32,000 bases of DNA from Ferroglobus placidus DSM 10642 (GCF_000025505.1 NC_013849.1:1770001-1802000); one strand, 5' to 3'. Positions 1 through 9,433 are shown, counted from the stretch's first letter. Notes: generated from the sequence alone by a model not told the origin. Translations and numbers: made by a program.

Positions 1-376
1 TCTTAACTTCTTCTCCCTCAAGCGAGTAGATTGCGATGTTTAGGAGGGAGGACGTCGGGACGGTCGTCATTACCGCTAAAGAATAGCATAAAGGCAGAAA
101 GCCGAGAACGTGCGAGATGGGTATTAAGCCCCAGAAAACTCTTTCGAGAACGTGGGACGTTAACAGAACTTTTTTGAGATTGTTGAGCAGAATTCTCCGA
201 ATTTTAAAGAGCACGTAAGCTAAAAGAGTTGCCGCAGCGTAAGCCTGAAGGTTTAGCCAAAGTATGTCGTAGATCGAATATCCTATCGCAGCAAGGAATA
301 CCGGTGCGAGGCTTCTGGTTATGTTCACGTAAAATCCAGCGGCAAGTGACTCAAGAGAGAGCTTGTTCACCGACAT
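1..376 (-). CDS. Polytopic membrane protein, 5' part only (gene runs off the window start); family not recognised
   Basis: Not in the ORF track. The reverse strand has ATG at 376-374 and reads MSVNKLSLESLAAGFYVNITRSLAPVFLAAIGYSIYDILWLNLQAYAAATLLAYVLF..., open through position 1. It contains several hydrophobic helix-length stretches. Confidence 0.4.
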   Translation of the reverse strand, partial: MSVNKLSLESLAAGFYVNITRSLAPVFLAAIGYSIYDILWLNLQAYAAATLLAYVLFKIRRILLNNLKKVLLTSHVLERVFWGLIPISHVLGFLPLCYSLAVMTTVPTSSLLNIAIYSLEGEEVK

Positions 377-463
377 CGTAGTCTCTTCAAATCAGTGGCA
401 TTTTGCTTGTAAACTTTGCGTAGTCTCAAAAGAATTATATCTGGTCAATCAGAAAAAAATATT

Positions 464-1507
464 ATGCACATTTCAAAAGAGCTCGAAAAGAAAATAGCTT
501 TGCCTCCCGCTACACCAGTATTCGTTGGAGAAAAGAAGTCGGAGGAAGTAAAAATCACGGCAGCGATTTACGACGAGAAATCTGCGGAATTCGAGGAGCT
601 AAAAGTTGAAGATCTGGAAAATATACTTAATTACGATAAAAAGCTCTGGATAGACGTTACTGGCATTCACGACGAGGAAGCGATCTCTAAAATCTGCGAT
701 ATTCTCGGAATTCACCCCCTCGCCGCTGAAGACGTTCTCAACACAGCCCAGAGGGTGAAGGTTGAAGACTACGACGATCACCTCTTTATAGTCCTAAAAA
801 TTCTTCTTTACGATGATAACCTCGAAATAGACCAGCTCAGCGTGGTTTTGAAGAAGAACCTTGTTGTGACTTTCAAAGAAAGAGAGTACCAGATTTTCGA
901 TTTGATTCGTTCAAGGCTGAAGAAGGGAGGTAGAATAAGAAAATTCGGCGTCGATTATCTTGCCTACGCAATAATGGATGCGGTTGTCGACAGCTACTTC
1001 GAAGCGCTTCTGAAAATATCGAGTGAGGTTGAGGTTCTGGAAGATGAGGTCGTTTCCGGAAATAGCGCCCTCATCGGGAAAATTCACGGTCTGAAGAGAG
1101 AAATACTCGCTTTCAGAAACGCTGTATGGCCTCTTAGAGACGTTCTCAGCTTCTTTACAAGAGTCGAGCACGATTTAATAGGAGAGGAGGTGAAAGTGTA
1201 TTACAGAGACGTTTACGATCACGCCGTCAGGCTTATGGAAGTCCTCGAAACCCAGAGGGAGCTTGTTGTCGGTCTGAGAGAGCTGCTACTGTCGGTACTG
1301 AGCAACAAGCTGAACGAGATTATGAAGGTTCTGACGATGATCGCAACGATCTTTATTCCTCTCAGCTTCATCGCAAGCGTATACGGCATGAACTTCAAGT
1401 ACATGCCGGAGCTTGAGTGGGAATACGGATATCCCACAGTCCTGATCGTAATGGCTGTCATTGCCTTGGTTGAAGTAGTATTCTTCAAGAAAAAAGGGTG
1501 GATCTGA
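464..1507 (+). CDS. corA: CorA-family magnesium/cobalt transporter
   Basis: The C-terminal YGMNF (GMN) motif lies between two terminal TM helices, preceded by a long soluble N-terminal domain. The track start at 416 is TTG; the first ATG (MHISKELEKK) at 464 is preferred. Confidence 0.9.
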   Translation: MHISKELEKKIALPPATPVFVGEKKSEEVKITAAIYDEKSAEFEELKVEDLENILNYDKKLWIDVTGIHDEEAISKICDILGIHPLAAEDVLNTAQRVKVEDYDDHLFIVLKILLYDDNLEIDQLSVVLKKNLVVTFKEREYQIFDLIRSRLKKGGRIRKFGVDYLAYAIMDAVVDSYFEALLKISSEVEVLEDEVVSGNSALIGKIHGLKREILAFRNAVWPLRDVLSFFTRVEHDLIGEEVKVYYRDVYDHAVRLMEVLETQRELVVGLRELLLSVLSNKLNEIMKVLTMIATIFIPLSFIASVYGMNFKYMPELEWEYGYPTVLIVMAVIALVEVVFFKKKGWI

Positions 1508-2292
1508 TGGTGAGAGTCAGAAAGAAGGACGGAAGACTTGAGGAGTTCGACAGGACGAAGGTTCTGAAAACTTGCTTAAGGAGCGGGGCAAACGTTGAGA
1601 TTGCTGAGAAGGTTTTGAGGGATGTGGAAGAAAGACTTTACGACGGAATAACCACCGACGAAATACTCGAAATCGTGATCGAATCTTTGCTAAAGCACGG
1701 ATACGAAAAAGCCGCTACTTACGACCTCAAGCAATCTTTACTCCGCTTAGGTCCGGCTGGCTTCAACTTCGAAAAGTTCGTGGCGAGAGTTCTTGAAGAA
1801 TGGGGTTACAGCACGGAGACAAACGTGACTATGAAAGGTAGATGCGTGATGCAGGAAGTCGACGTGATCGCGAGGAAAGATGAAGAGGTTTACATGATCG
1901 AGTGCAAGTTCCACAACCAACCGATTTACACGGGGCTTAAGGAAGTGATGTACACCTACGCCCGCTTCCTCGATCTTTCCGATCACTTTACCGCCGCCTG
2001 GGTCTTCACGAACACGAAGTTCTCAGAGGAGGCTAAGCAATATGCTTCTTGCATGGGAATAAAGCTCACCGGATGGAGGTATCCGGAGGGCGAGGGTATA
2101 GAGGAACTACTCGAACGCAAGGGTATGTATCCGATAACCATACTGAAGGTAGATAAGGAAACGATCGAATCAGCCATCAAGGCTGGAATCGTCTTCTGCA
2201 AAGACGTCTTAAACGCTGGGGTGGATAGGCTGAAAAAACTCGGTGTTAAAAACGTTGAAAAGCTCGTTGAAGAGGCGAGGAAGGTTGTATGA
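1507..2292 (+). CDS. ATP-cone domain protein fused to a PD-(D/E)xK (Mrr-like) nuclease-fold domain
   Basis: The N-terminus VRVRKKDGRLEEFDRTKVLKTCLRSG is a typical ATP-cone. The central QEVDVIARKDEEVYMIECKF fits a D...ExK nuclease core. The ATG at 1507 overlaps the corA stop (TGATG); the track start at 1498 is GTG. Confidence 0.7.
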   Translation: MVRVRKKDGRLEEFDRTKVLKTCLRSGANVEIAEKVLRDVEERLYDGITTDEILEIVIESLLKHGYEKAATYDLKQSLLRLGPAGFNFEKFVARVLEEWGYSTETNVTMKGRCVMQEVDVIARKDEEVYMIECKFHNQPIYTGLKEVMYTYARFLDLSDHFTAAWVFTNTKFSEEAKQYASCMGIKLTGWRYPEGEGIEELLERKGMYPITILKVDKETIESAIKAGIVFCKDVLNAGVDRLKKLGVKNVEKLVEEARKVV

Positions 2293-3227
2293 GAAAGTTC
2301 GTCGTCAGGGCAAGGAAGGAAGACATGGAGAAGGTTAGGGAATTCCTCGAAAAAGAAAAGCTCCAACACTACGTCTACGAAGACAGGCTGGAGTTCTACG
2401 TTCTCGATTCCCAGACAGAACAGATTGTGCAGAAGATTAAGGAGCTCATCGATTTGAGATTTGCACAGAGCGTTATAGAGGTTTTGAAGCCTGAGTTCGT
2501 AGTTTCGATAAAGGCGAGAGACGAGAAGCCTGAAGAGAGAACTCCCATAGAGGTTTTGATTGAAAGCGTAAAGCGCTTCTCAGAATTCGATCCAGAAATA
2601 GTTATTCTCACAGCTCTTGCAAGTGTTGTCGCCTTCTCAGGCTTGGCTCTCAACAACGCAGTAATCATCATAGGAGCTATGCTCCTATCGCCCTTGCTCG
2701 GCCCAATTCACGGCTTCACGATTTTCCTCTCAGCTGGAAAAATCAGGTTAGCTTTTAGCTGTCTCAGAAATCTCGTTGCCAACCTTTTTGCAGCTATAGC
2801 CGTCTCAGCCCTCATCGCATTATTTTTCTACAATCCAGCCATCTTAAACGATGAGATAGCTTTGAGAATTGTCTCAAATCCCTACTACACGATTATGGCA
2901 ATTGCTTTAGGCTTTGCCTCGCTGCTTTCAATCTCAAAAGGCGTAGCTGAGAGCGTTGCCGGAGTGGCTGTCGCAGCCTCTCTTGTTCCACCAGCTGTTG
3001 TTGCCGGAATGCTATTGTGGAGCTACCCTGTTCTTGCTTCTAAAGCCTTTATTCTGATGCTGGAAAACGTTGTAGGATTGCTTTTTGGAGGGGTAATAGC
3101 GGTGCAGCTCCTTGAAGTGAAGCCAACGAAGTATTACGAGCGGAAAGTTGCAGCTCGATACATTTTCAGAAGCATCTTTGCTCTTATTGCTTTGATAATT
3201 CTCCTGATTTTTCTTTCCGCGATTTAA
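2289..3227 (+). CDS. DUF389 / TIGR00341-type membrane protein (soluble N-domain plus hydrophobic domain)
   Basis: Contains a GAMLLSPLLGPIHGF signature and multiple TM helices. There is an ATGA start/stop overlap with the upstream gene. Confidence 0.7.
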   Translation: MRKFVVRARKEDMEKVREFLEKEKLQHYVYEDRLEFYVLDSQTEQIVQKIKELIDLRFAQSVIEVLKPEFVVSIKARDEKPEERTPIEVLIESVKRFSEFDPEIVILTALASVVAFSGLALNNAVIIIGAMLLSPLLGPIHGFTIFLSAGKIRLAFSCLRNLVANLFAAIAVSALIALFFYNPAILNDEIALRIVSNPYYTIMAIALGFASLLSISKGVAESVAGVAVAASLVPPAVVAGMLLWSYPVLASKAFILMLENVVGLLFGGVIAVQLLEVKPTKYYERKVAARYIFRSIFALIALIILLIFLSAI

Positions 3228-3323
3228 TCATTCTGAGTTCTGCTTTTCATCCCTTTTCAGTTTTCATTCCTTAAGCTTTCTTGCGTAAGAAATTGTTTAT
3301 TAAACAACATACAACCAAAGAGC

Positions 3324-3560
3324 ATGTCGGTGAGGGGCGAAGTCCTCGACAAACTTTCCACTTTGGCGAACTCTGCATTTGGTTTGGTTGCTGCTTTGGC
3401 GTGGAACGATGCTGTAAAAGCGTTATTTAAGCACGTTTTCGGCACACCAGATAATCTCCCCGTAATGTTCGCTTACGCATTTTTTGTGACAGTTTTGGCA
3501 GTTATATTTTCAATATGGATCGGAAGGGCTGTTGCAAAGGCTAAGGAGCTCGTCAAGTGA
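3324..3560 (+). CDS. Small conserved membrane protein (resembles the DUF5654 family)
   Basis: 78 aa. Contains LANSAFGLVAALAWNDAVKALF followed by a TM helix. The AT-rich TATA-like ttgtttattaaac lies about 25 nt upstream of the ATG. Confidence 0.6.
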   Translation: MSVRGEVLDKLSTLANSAFGLVAALAWNDAVKALFKHVFGTPDNLPVMFAYAFFVTVLAVIFSIWIGRAVAKAKELVK

Positions 3561-3672
3561 TTGTGACAACTGATTTGAATAATTTAATAATTTTTTATAT
3601 ATTATTTCATGGGCTCATACCTGTCTGCTTCTTTGTTCTGGAGCTCAGTAATCGCATGAGTGAAATACAGGC

Positions 3673-5103
3673 TTACCCAAGAAAACCCCTCAAAATTCCT
3701 GCCTCGGCGACCCTCTCTTTTAAGTCCAAACCTTTACCGAGCGTGTTTATGATTTCGTTAGTAACTTTTTCGTGCTCCTCGTCAACTTCGATTTCAAACA
3801 GCTCTTTAGCCCTTTCCACATCCTTTTCAAGCTTCGAATTCAGCACTTTCAAAGAATTCGGATTGAAATATTTCAATGCTTCTCTCATCATATTTTCAAA
3901 GCCTCTAAAAACTTCCGTAACTACTTCGTAATCTTTATCGCTGAGTTCAGCTATCCCGAGCAACTCCGGCGGAAAACCTATGGAGTAAAGAGCCGCGCAG
4001 AACGTAATCGCCCTCGGAAGTTTAACTCCTTCCCCTCTCGAGTAACCGAAGAGACCGATGTGAAGCTTTCTCATTCTTCTCCTCGGAATGTTTTTCGAGA
4101 AAGAGTTTACGAAGTTAGCTATGAGCGGAATTCTCATTCTGTAAGCTTCTGTTAGTTTTTCAGCCACTTTTAAATGCTCCTCGTCGATTACCTCGGCTTT
4201 TCCTCTCCTCTTTTCCTTTATCCTCTCTACGGCTTTTCTAACTTCAGAAAATTCGTAATCGTACTTAAAAGCTGATTGTACTGTGAATGTCTCTACTGAA
4301 GGAAATTCATCCACTGGCTGTAGATTCTTTGGTGAAAGTCCTCCCCTGAAAGGACAAGAGCCTACGCCGAGTATCGGATAAACTTCGGCGTTAACGTCTT
4401 CCAAGCGCATGAGAGCGTATTTTACGTAGATCGTCGCGGAAACGAAACCGTAGTTTAAAGCCGGATCGGATCTCGCTAAAAACACTCGGATGTTTTCGCT
4501 ACCAGTCTCTTCAACGATCTTGCTAACGATTTTTTCAGCGTTCAGTAGCGAATTTTTGTCTTCTAAGAGAGGTATAACTTTAATTTCTTCCGGCTTAAAC
4601 TCACCGAGCCATTCGGATATCTTCGTTCCGTCTCTCAAACTCAGCTTTCCCTTTCCAGCAACGAAGTCCTTGTAAAAGTAGTAGATTCTCAGAACTTCTT
4701 CGTGAGTTCTCGTCATCGGCAAGATAACTTCGAAAATCGGCTCATGATCGATGTCGAAGGATTTCACGTAGTCGTAGCTTCTCGGAATCATCTCCAGAAT
4801 TTCCGATAAAAGCTTCGCCTCTTCTTTTTCAACGCTCGGGTTTGGGATTCTCGGAGTTAACCTGAAGCACTTTCCGAGAGGTTTCTTTTTGAAAAAGTCT
4901 GGATAATTCGAGAGGAGCTTTCTAACGACGAAGTCGTCAACCTCTTTTCCCTCAAAATCCCACATCTGTTCATCGCAGCCGAAGTGAGAGAAGACGTAAT
5001 ACGCCTCCTTTACTTCATCCTCTCCGTTTAAGTACTCTCCTCTGGCAAAGAAAGGCACGTTTGCATTATCTGGGTGCTGCGTGCTCATTACCCTCGGAAC
5101 CAT
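3673..5103 (-). CDS. ppcA: Archaeal-type phosphoenolpyruvate carboxylase
   Basis: The N-terminus [14 protein letters not shown] is the hallmark of archaeal-type PEPC. The length of 476 aa also fits. Confidence 0.9.
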   Translation of the reverse strand: MVPRVMSTQHPDNANVPFFARGEYLNGEDEVKEAYYVFSHFGCDEQMWDFEGKEVDDFVVRKLLSNYPDFFKKKPLGKCFRLTPRIPNPSVEKEEAKLLSEILEMIPRSYDYVKSFDIDHEPIFEVILPMTRTHEEVLRIYYFYKDFVAGKGKLSLRDGTKISEWLGEFKPEEIKVIPLLEDKNSLLNAEKIVSKIVEETGSENIRVFLARSDPALNYGFVSATIYVKYALMRLEDVNAEVYPILGVGSCPFRGGLSPKNLQPVDEFPSVETFTVQSAFKYDYEFSEVRKAVERIKEKRRGKAEVIDEEHLKVAEKLTEAYRMRIPLIANFVNSFSKNIPRRRMRKLHIGLFGYSRGEGVKLPRAITFCAALYSIGFPPELLGIAELSDKDYEVVTEVFRGFENMMREALKYFNPNSLKVLNSKLEKDVERAKELFEIEVDEEHEKVTNEIINTLGKGLDLKERVAEAGILRGFLG

Positions 5104-5178
5104 CCATACAAACGCATACGTATTGATATAAATGCTTTGTGGGGAAACGATTTAAGCTCGGAGAGAAGAAAAAGCTGG

Positions 5179-6270
5179 GTGAAAGTATGCGTTGTGGGAG
5201 GTAGAGTAGCTGGAAGTTTGACCGCTTTAAATCTCGGGGAAAGAGATGCAGAGGTCGTTGTGTTTGAAGAGCACAGGGATTCTGGGTTTCCAGTCAGTTG
5301 CGCCGGCTTGATAAGCGAGGATTGCTACGAAAGACTGAGAAATTTCGGAGTTAACGCCAAGCAGAACGAGATAAAAGGAGCTTTCTTCTTTTCTCCTAGT
5401 GGAAAATACGTCGAAGCAATTGGAAAGAGTAGAGGAGTTGTCGTTGAGAGGAAACTAATGGATTCCCAGCTTTTAAGAAGAGCTTCAAAGGTTGCTGAGG
5501 TGAGGATGAGTTCAAAGGTAGTTGGAGTTGAGAGAGGAGAAGTGACGTTTATCGTTAATGGAAGAGAAAAGAAAGAGAGTTTCGACGTGCTCGTAGGAGC
5601 TGACGGAGTTAACAGCGTCGTCGCTAAGAGTTTTGGATTTAAAAGACCGAAAATTTTCTTGGCTGTTCAAATTCTTTCCGAGTTTGAGGCGATTGACGAA
5701 AAATTCGTTGAGCTTTACTTTGGAAGAAGGTATTCCGAGGGGTTTTTCGCCTACGCTGTTCCCATCGAAGAGGACTTGGCAAAAATCGGCGTGGTTTCGA
5801 AGACGAATCCTATGGTGTATTTGCAAAGGCTCATCAACGAGCATCCGTCGGTTTCCGAAAGGATCGGGAAGGGATTTTTGGAGCTGAACGTGGGAGCGAT
5901 ACCAATAGGTCTTGTGGATTTTGTTAGGGAAAATGTGGCTTTAATCGGTGATTCGGCTGGAATGGTAAAGCCATATACTGGGGGAGGAATTTACTACACG
6001 CTAATAGGGGCAGAGGTTCTCGGAAAGACTTTTCCAAACCTGAAAGCTTTCGAGAAAGCGTACAAAAAAAGGATGTGGAAAGAGTACTATTTCGGAGAGA
6101 AGATCAGAAAGCTGTACGAAACGCTGAAGGATGAAGATTACGAGGAGCTCGTCAAAATAGCTTCCGATTTAAGCTTCGAGGATTTGCACATGGACAAGCC
6201 GAGCTCTATCCTGAAATTTTTGATTAAAAATCCGAAAATATTGAAAGTGGTTAGATTCTTCTTCCCCTAA
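5179..6270 (+). CDS. FAD-dependent oxidoreductase of the geranylgeranyl reductase family
   Basis: Has an N-terminal Rossmann segment VKVCVVGGRVAGSLTA...VVVFEE, then GADGVNSVVA and a C-terminal GDSAGMVKPYTGGGIYY motif. The start is set at GTG 5179; the 35-codon upstream extension in the track overlaps ppcA and looks non-coding. Confidence 0.75.
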   Translation: MKVCVVGGRVAGSLTALNLGERDAEVVVFEEHRDSGFPVSCAGLISEDCYERLRNFGVNAKQNEIKGAFFFSPSGKYVEAIGKSRGVVVERKLMDSQLLRRASKVAEVRMSSKVVGVERGEVTFIVNGREKKESFDVLVGADGVNSVVAKSFGFKRPKIFLAVQILSEFEAIDEKFVELYFGRRYSEGFFAYAVPIEEDLAKIGVVSKTNPMVYLQRLINEHPSVSERIGKGFLELNVGAIPIGLVDFVRENVALIGDSAGMVKPYTGGGIYYTLIGAEVLGKTFPNLKAFEKAYKKRMWKEYYFGEKIRKLYETLKDEDYEELVKIASDLSFEDLHMDKPSSILKFLIKNPKILKVVRFFFP

Positions 6271-6910
6271 CTCTGTCTATGTCGAATTGAGCTCTTTCGG
6301 ATATGTGCATCACCGCAAGAGTTCCCGCCATAACTGGATCGCTCACGACGAGGTCGCTTACTTTTGGCACGTCTCCGAACATGTTGAGGCTTATCACTCT
6401 TATTCCAGCCTTTCTTAGTTTCTTAACTTCCTCCGCTATCTTACCCCCCATGATTCCTCCAGCCAACACTAAGATTTCCGCTCTGTGAAGTCTCGAAACA
6501 GCCTTCACGGCTTCGGCAAGCTCTTCTTCTCCTACTAACGGCATTGTGTCAACGCTGATCCTTTCTCCCCTTAAGTTGTGTCTGTCCGCTTCAGTTATAG
6601 CTCCGAGAGCCACCTGCGAAACAAGTGCTCCACCGCCGAAGATTATGACCCTCTTCCCGAAAACTTTCTCGAAGGGTTTTTCCTCCTCAACTTCTATGAC
6701 CGTCGGCAATTCTTTTATCTTTTCCACGATTTTTTCAAATTCTCCTCCATCGATTTCGAAGTAGATCAGAGCGTTACCTCTGTATTCTCCGTGCTTTATT
6801 ATGAACGTCTGAGCGTAGGTTATGTTTCCGTTGTGCTCGGCGATTATAGTGGTCAAATCTCTTAAAACTCCTATCTGGTTCTTCGCTATTATCCTTAACC
6901 CCCTGATCAT
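6251..6910 (-). CDS. ACT-domain protein with a C-terminal Rossmann-like domain (uncharacterised archaeal family)
   Basis: The N-terminus LRIIAKNQIGVLRDLTTIIAEHNGNITYAQ is ACT-like. The C-terminal half has RVIIFGGGALVSQVA...LVLAGGIMGG. The start overlaps the stop of the upstream Lrp-like gene (TGATGA). Confidence 0.6.
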   Translation of the reverse strand: MIRGLRIIAKNQIGVLRDLTTIIAEHNGNITYAQTFIIKHGEYRGNALIYFEIDGGEFEKIVEKIKELPTVIEVEEEKPFEKVFGKRVIIFGGGALVSQVALGAITEADRHNLRGERISVDTMPLVGEEELAEAVKAVSRLHRAEILVLAGGIMGGKIAEEVKKLRKAGIRVISLNMFGDVPKVSDLVVSDPVMAGTLAVMHISERAQFDIDRVRGRRI

Positions 6911-7143
6911 CAGAACTTCGCTCCCGTGAGGGTTTTTGTTTCGAGAACTCCGTCGATCGACCTTATCTTTTTCACAACCACGTCGCTTAAATGCTCGAAG
7001 TCCCTGACGACTATTTTTGCTATAAGGTCGTACTCCCCGAAGAGCGGGTAGAGTTCCTCCACTTCCTCTATCTGCGCTATTTTTTCGTAGACTTCTCTTT
7101 CCTTTCTCGGAGACACTTTTATCAAAACGAAACCCAGTGCCAT
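6910..7143 (-). CDS. Stand-alone Lrp/AsnC ligand-binding (RAM) domain protein
   Basis: 77 aa. FVLIKVSPRKEREVYEKIAQIEEVEELYPLFGEYDLIAKIVVRDFEHLSDVV matches the C-terminal effector domain of Lrp/AsnC regulators. No HTH is present. Confidence 0.75.
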   Translation of the reverse strand: MALGFVLIKVSPRKEREVYEKIAQIEEVEELYPLFGEYDLIAKIVVRDFEHLSDVVVKKIRSIDGVLETKTLTGAKF

Positions 7144-7242
7144 AGCCGAAATTAGTCCCTACTCCTTTAAAAACTTTTTAGGTGTTCACTTCCTACTTCC
7201 CATTACTACAGTACTGGAAATTTTGCTTTTGAAATATAAATA

Positions 7243-7314
7243 TGCCCCGGCCGGGACTTGAACCCGGGTCCGGGAGTCCGCAGCCCCCGAGGATATCCGC
7301 TACCCCACCGGGGC
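7243..7314 (-). tRNA. tRNA-Arg (anticodon GCG), no encoded CCA
   Basis: The reverse complement GCCCCGGTGGGGTAGCGGATATCCTCGGGGGCTGCGGACTCCCGGACCCGGGTTCAAGTCCCGGCCGGGGCA folds as a cloverleaf. The acceptor stem is 7 bp (GCCCCGG/CCGGGGC). The anticodon stem is GGGGG/CTCCC with loop CTGCGGA. The T arm is CCGGG-TTCAAGT-CCCGG, and A14, G18G19 and A21 are in place. Confidence 0.9.
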
Positions 7315-7565
7315 TTTTGAGAACAAACTTGGCTCGCTGTAAATATGTGTTTTTCCCTTCACATTCAAAACTTATGGAAAGCTGTGTGAAAAACGTTCAA
7401 TTTAAAACTTAAATTATTTTTCACAAATTATAATTAAATAATTAATTTTGTTAATCTTATTATTTCTATCCTTTTGAGCTATCCTTACTTTTGAAGCTAT
7501 TTATAATCCTTCGATAACAAAAGACACACACGAAAAATCATTGAAAAATTGGAGGTGCAGAATAA

Positions 7566-8446
7566 ATGGTTAAACGATCGTTTAAGGTTTCATCAGCAGC
7601 GACAATGATACTCATATTAACATTTCTATTTGTAATTTTACATCTCGCTACAGCAACTCCAGAATTCGGTGCGAAAGAAAGCAGAAATTGCGATTTTTGC
7701 CACGTAGAAGGGGACTACTCTCAGCTTAACGAGAGGGGAATTTACTATCTTCGGCACAACTACTCCTTTGAAGGGTACGTTGAGAAAGAGGAAGAGCTGA
7801 ACGGTGGGGAAGGATTGTATAAAAAGTACTGTAGAGGCTGCCACGGTGAAGTTCCAGAGGAATTTAGGTATAAAGATTTGAATGAGGCTGTCATTGAAGC
7901 GATAAAAAGCGGGAGAATGCCACCTTGGGGTATTGATGAGGAACTAAGCGAGGAGGAAATTAAAGAACTCGCATCCTATATTGGCAACTGGTGCAACTTA
8001 TGCCATAAACGGATTGAGACAAATCCTACTCCGAGAGAACTTGTTAATGCTCCTCCAAATCACAGATTCAAGCTTGAACACGGCAACTTCTGGTGCTTCG
8101 CCTGCCACAATCCTGAAAATAGAGATACATTCCTTCTTGTTAATGGTTCAGCTATACCTTTCAGCAAATCTCCAGAGCTGTGTAGGCAGTGCCATGCTGT
8201 GATATACAAAGACTGGAAAATGCCATCCACGGTAGATGGGTGGGCAACATATCAAACCCAACTCCCGATGTCATCTGCACAGACTGCCACGATCCTCACG
8301 ACATTAATCCAGCATTTAAACCGATCACTCCTGAAAAACCCCCAGAAAAACCACCCTCGCCTCCTATTCCTTTAACTTTCCAATACTTCGCAACAGCCAT
8401 TATGGCGTTTAGTTTGGTTTTGATGCTATACTCTGCCAGAAAATGA
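7566..8446 (+). pseudogene. Membrane-anchored multihaem cytochrome c (six CxxCH), disrupted by a frameshift at the A4 run 8217-8220
   Basis: ORF 7566..8375 carries CDFCH, CRGCH, CNLCH, CFACH and CRQCH. Sense is lost after ...CRQCHAVIYKDWK. ORF 8189..8446 (-1 frame) continues with NAIHGRWVGN...CTDCHDPH, a PEKPPEKPP linker and a C-terminal TM anchor. The GGAGGTG Shine-Dalgarno at 7551-7557 and the N-terminal signal/anchor support the 7566 start. Confidence 0.8.
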
Positions 8447-8457
8447 GAGGTGATTTC

Positions 8458-9420
8458 ATGAAAAGGAGGGATTTTATCAAGAAGGTTGTTATGACTTCTG
8501 CAATAGCTCCTGTAGCTTCCCTCAGAATATCGTTCCTGAACGTTTCAATTGAAGAGCTAACTCAAAAGCATTTCAAAGAGATGAGCGAAGAGGAAAAGAA
8601 AGCGGTTATAGAAAGACTCGAAAGAGAGTACAAAGAAAGGTATGGCGTTGATGTGAACATAAAAACCACCCCAGCAAAAGAAGGCGTGGTTTGGGGTTAC
8701 GCTTTAAACATAAAAAGGTGTATAGGCTGCAGACGTTGCGTTTACGCTTGCGTTAAGGAGAACAATCAGTCCAGAGCTTCTCCCGACGATCCTACGAGCA
8801 ACGAAATCCACTGGATACGTGTGTTGGAGGTGGCACAGGAGAAACTTGAGCCGGGGACTGAAGAGCAGGGAATTGGTACGAAGTTCGGGGATGTTGTTGC
8901 GGGTGTCGTTTTAGAGGAGAGCGAACACTACTATGATCCCGAAAAAGTCCCAGAAGACGGGAAGATGTACATCCCCATTCAATGTCAGCAATGCGAAAAG
9001 CCGCCGTGCGTTAAAGTTTGCCCAACAAGAGCCACTTGGAAAGAGCCCGACGGGATAATCGTCATAGACTACAACTGGTGCATAGGTTGCAGATACTGCA
9101 TGGCAGCCTGCCCTTATTGGGCGAGGAGATTCAACTGGAGCTGGCCGTACATTCCAAAAGAAGAGATTAATCCGAATCAGCATTATCTGGGCAATCGAAT
9201 AAGGTATAGAGGTGTGGTGGAGAAGTGTACTTTCTGCATTCAGCGAACGAGGGAGGGAAGATATCCCGCATGCGTAGAAGCATGTCCGGTTGGAGCGAGA
9301 AAGTTTGGAAATCTTCTCGATCCAAATAGCGAGATAAGGAAAATAATCAGAGAAAAAAAGGTGTTCAGGCTGAAAGAGGAGCTTGGCACGGAGCCGAAGT
9401 TCTTCTATTTTATGGACTGA
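8458..9420 (+). CDS. Tat-exported 4x[4Fe-4S] ferredoxin-type subunit (NrfC/DmsB/PsrB/HybA family)
   Basis: Has the twin-arginine signal MKRRDFIKKVV. There are four Cys clusters: CIGCRRCVYAC, CQQCEKPPCVKVCP, CIGCRYCMAACP and CTFC...CVEACP. GAGGTGA lies upstream of ATG 8458. Confidence 0.85.
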   Translation: MKRRDFIKKVVMTSAIAPVASLRISFLNVSIEELTQKHFKEMSEEEKKAVIERLEREYKERYGVDVNIKTTPAKEGVVWGYALNIKRCIGCRRCVYACVKENNQSRASPDDPTSNEIHWIRVLEVAQEKLEPGTEEQGIGTKFGDVVAGVVLEESEHYYDPEKVPEDGKMYIPIQCQQCEKPPCVKVCPTRATWKEPDGIIVIDYNWCIGCRYCMAACPYWARRFNWSWPYIPKEEINPNQHYLGNRIRYRGVVEKCTFCIQRTREGRYPACVEACPVGARKFGNLLDPNSEIRKIIREKKVFRLKEELGTEPKFFYFMD

Positions 9421-9433
9421 TGAGGTGGAGAGA

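Noticed and set aside
416-463. TTG-initiated N-terminal extension of corA. Similar extensions occur at 5074-5178 (reductase), 26401-26517 (cbiM), 23499-23525 (cbiZ), 8443-8457 (FeS) and 31880-31927 (cupin).
   Set aside because: The extensions use non-ATG starts or overlap neighbouring genes. Internal ATG or GTG starts have Shine-Dalgarno-like motifs or are required by family-specific N-termini (MHIPDG for CbiM, the RRDF Tat signal for the FeS protein).
3557-4675. Plus-strand ORFs 3557..3931, 3772..4155 and 4490..4675.
   Set aside because: All are antisense to the well-supported ppcA gene, have low-complexity Ser/Phe/Leu-rich translations and no recognisable motifs. They are shadow ORFs.
7243-7565. 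tRNA-Arg as the attachment site of an integrated element covering the cytochrome operon and island.
   Set aside because: I found no integrase gene in the window and could not see a second copy of either tRNA end (for example GGGACTTGAACCCGG) elsewhere by eye. The AT-rich stretch after the tRNA is adequately explained as a promoter region.
8211-8241. Possible programmed -1 frameshift in the cytochrome gene: the A4 run is followed 2 nt later by a potential 7-bp hairpin, CCATCCA-cggtaga-TGGGTGG.
   Set aside because: The zero-frame codons TGG AAA ATG do not form an X XXY YYZ slippery heptamer, and the spacer to the hairpin is too short. The stem sequence is also explained by coding for AIHGRWVG. 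A simple 1-nt homopolymer indel or a sequencing error is more parsimonious.
8189-8446. ORF 8189..8446 as an independent 85-aa gene.
   Set aside because: Its first ~10 codons are meaningless. From NAIHGRW onward it continues the cytochrome (sixth CxxCH plus membrane anchor), so it is the 3' part of the frameshifted gene.
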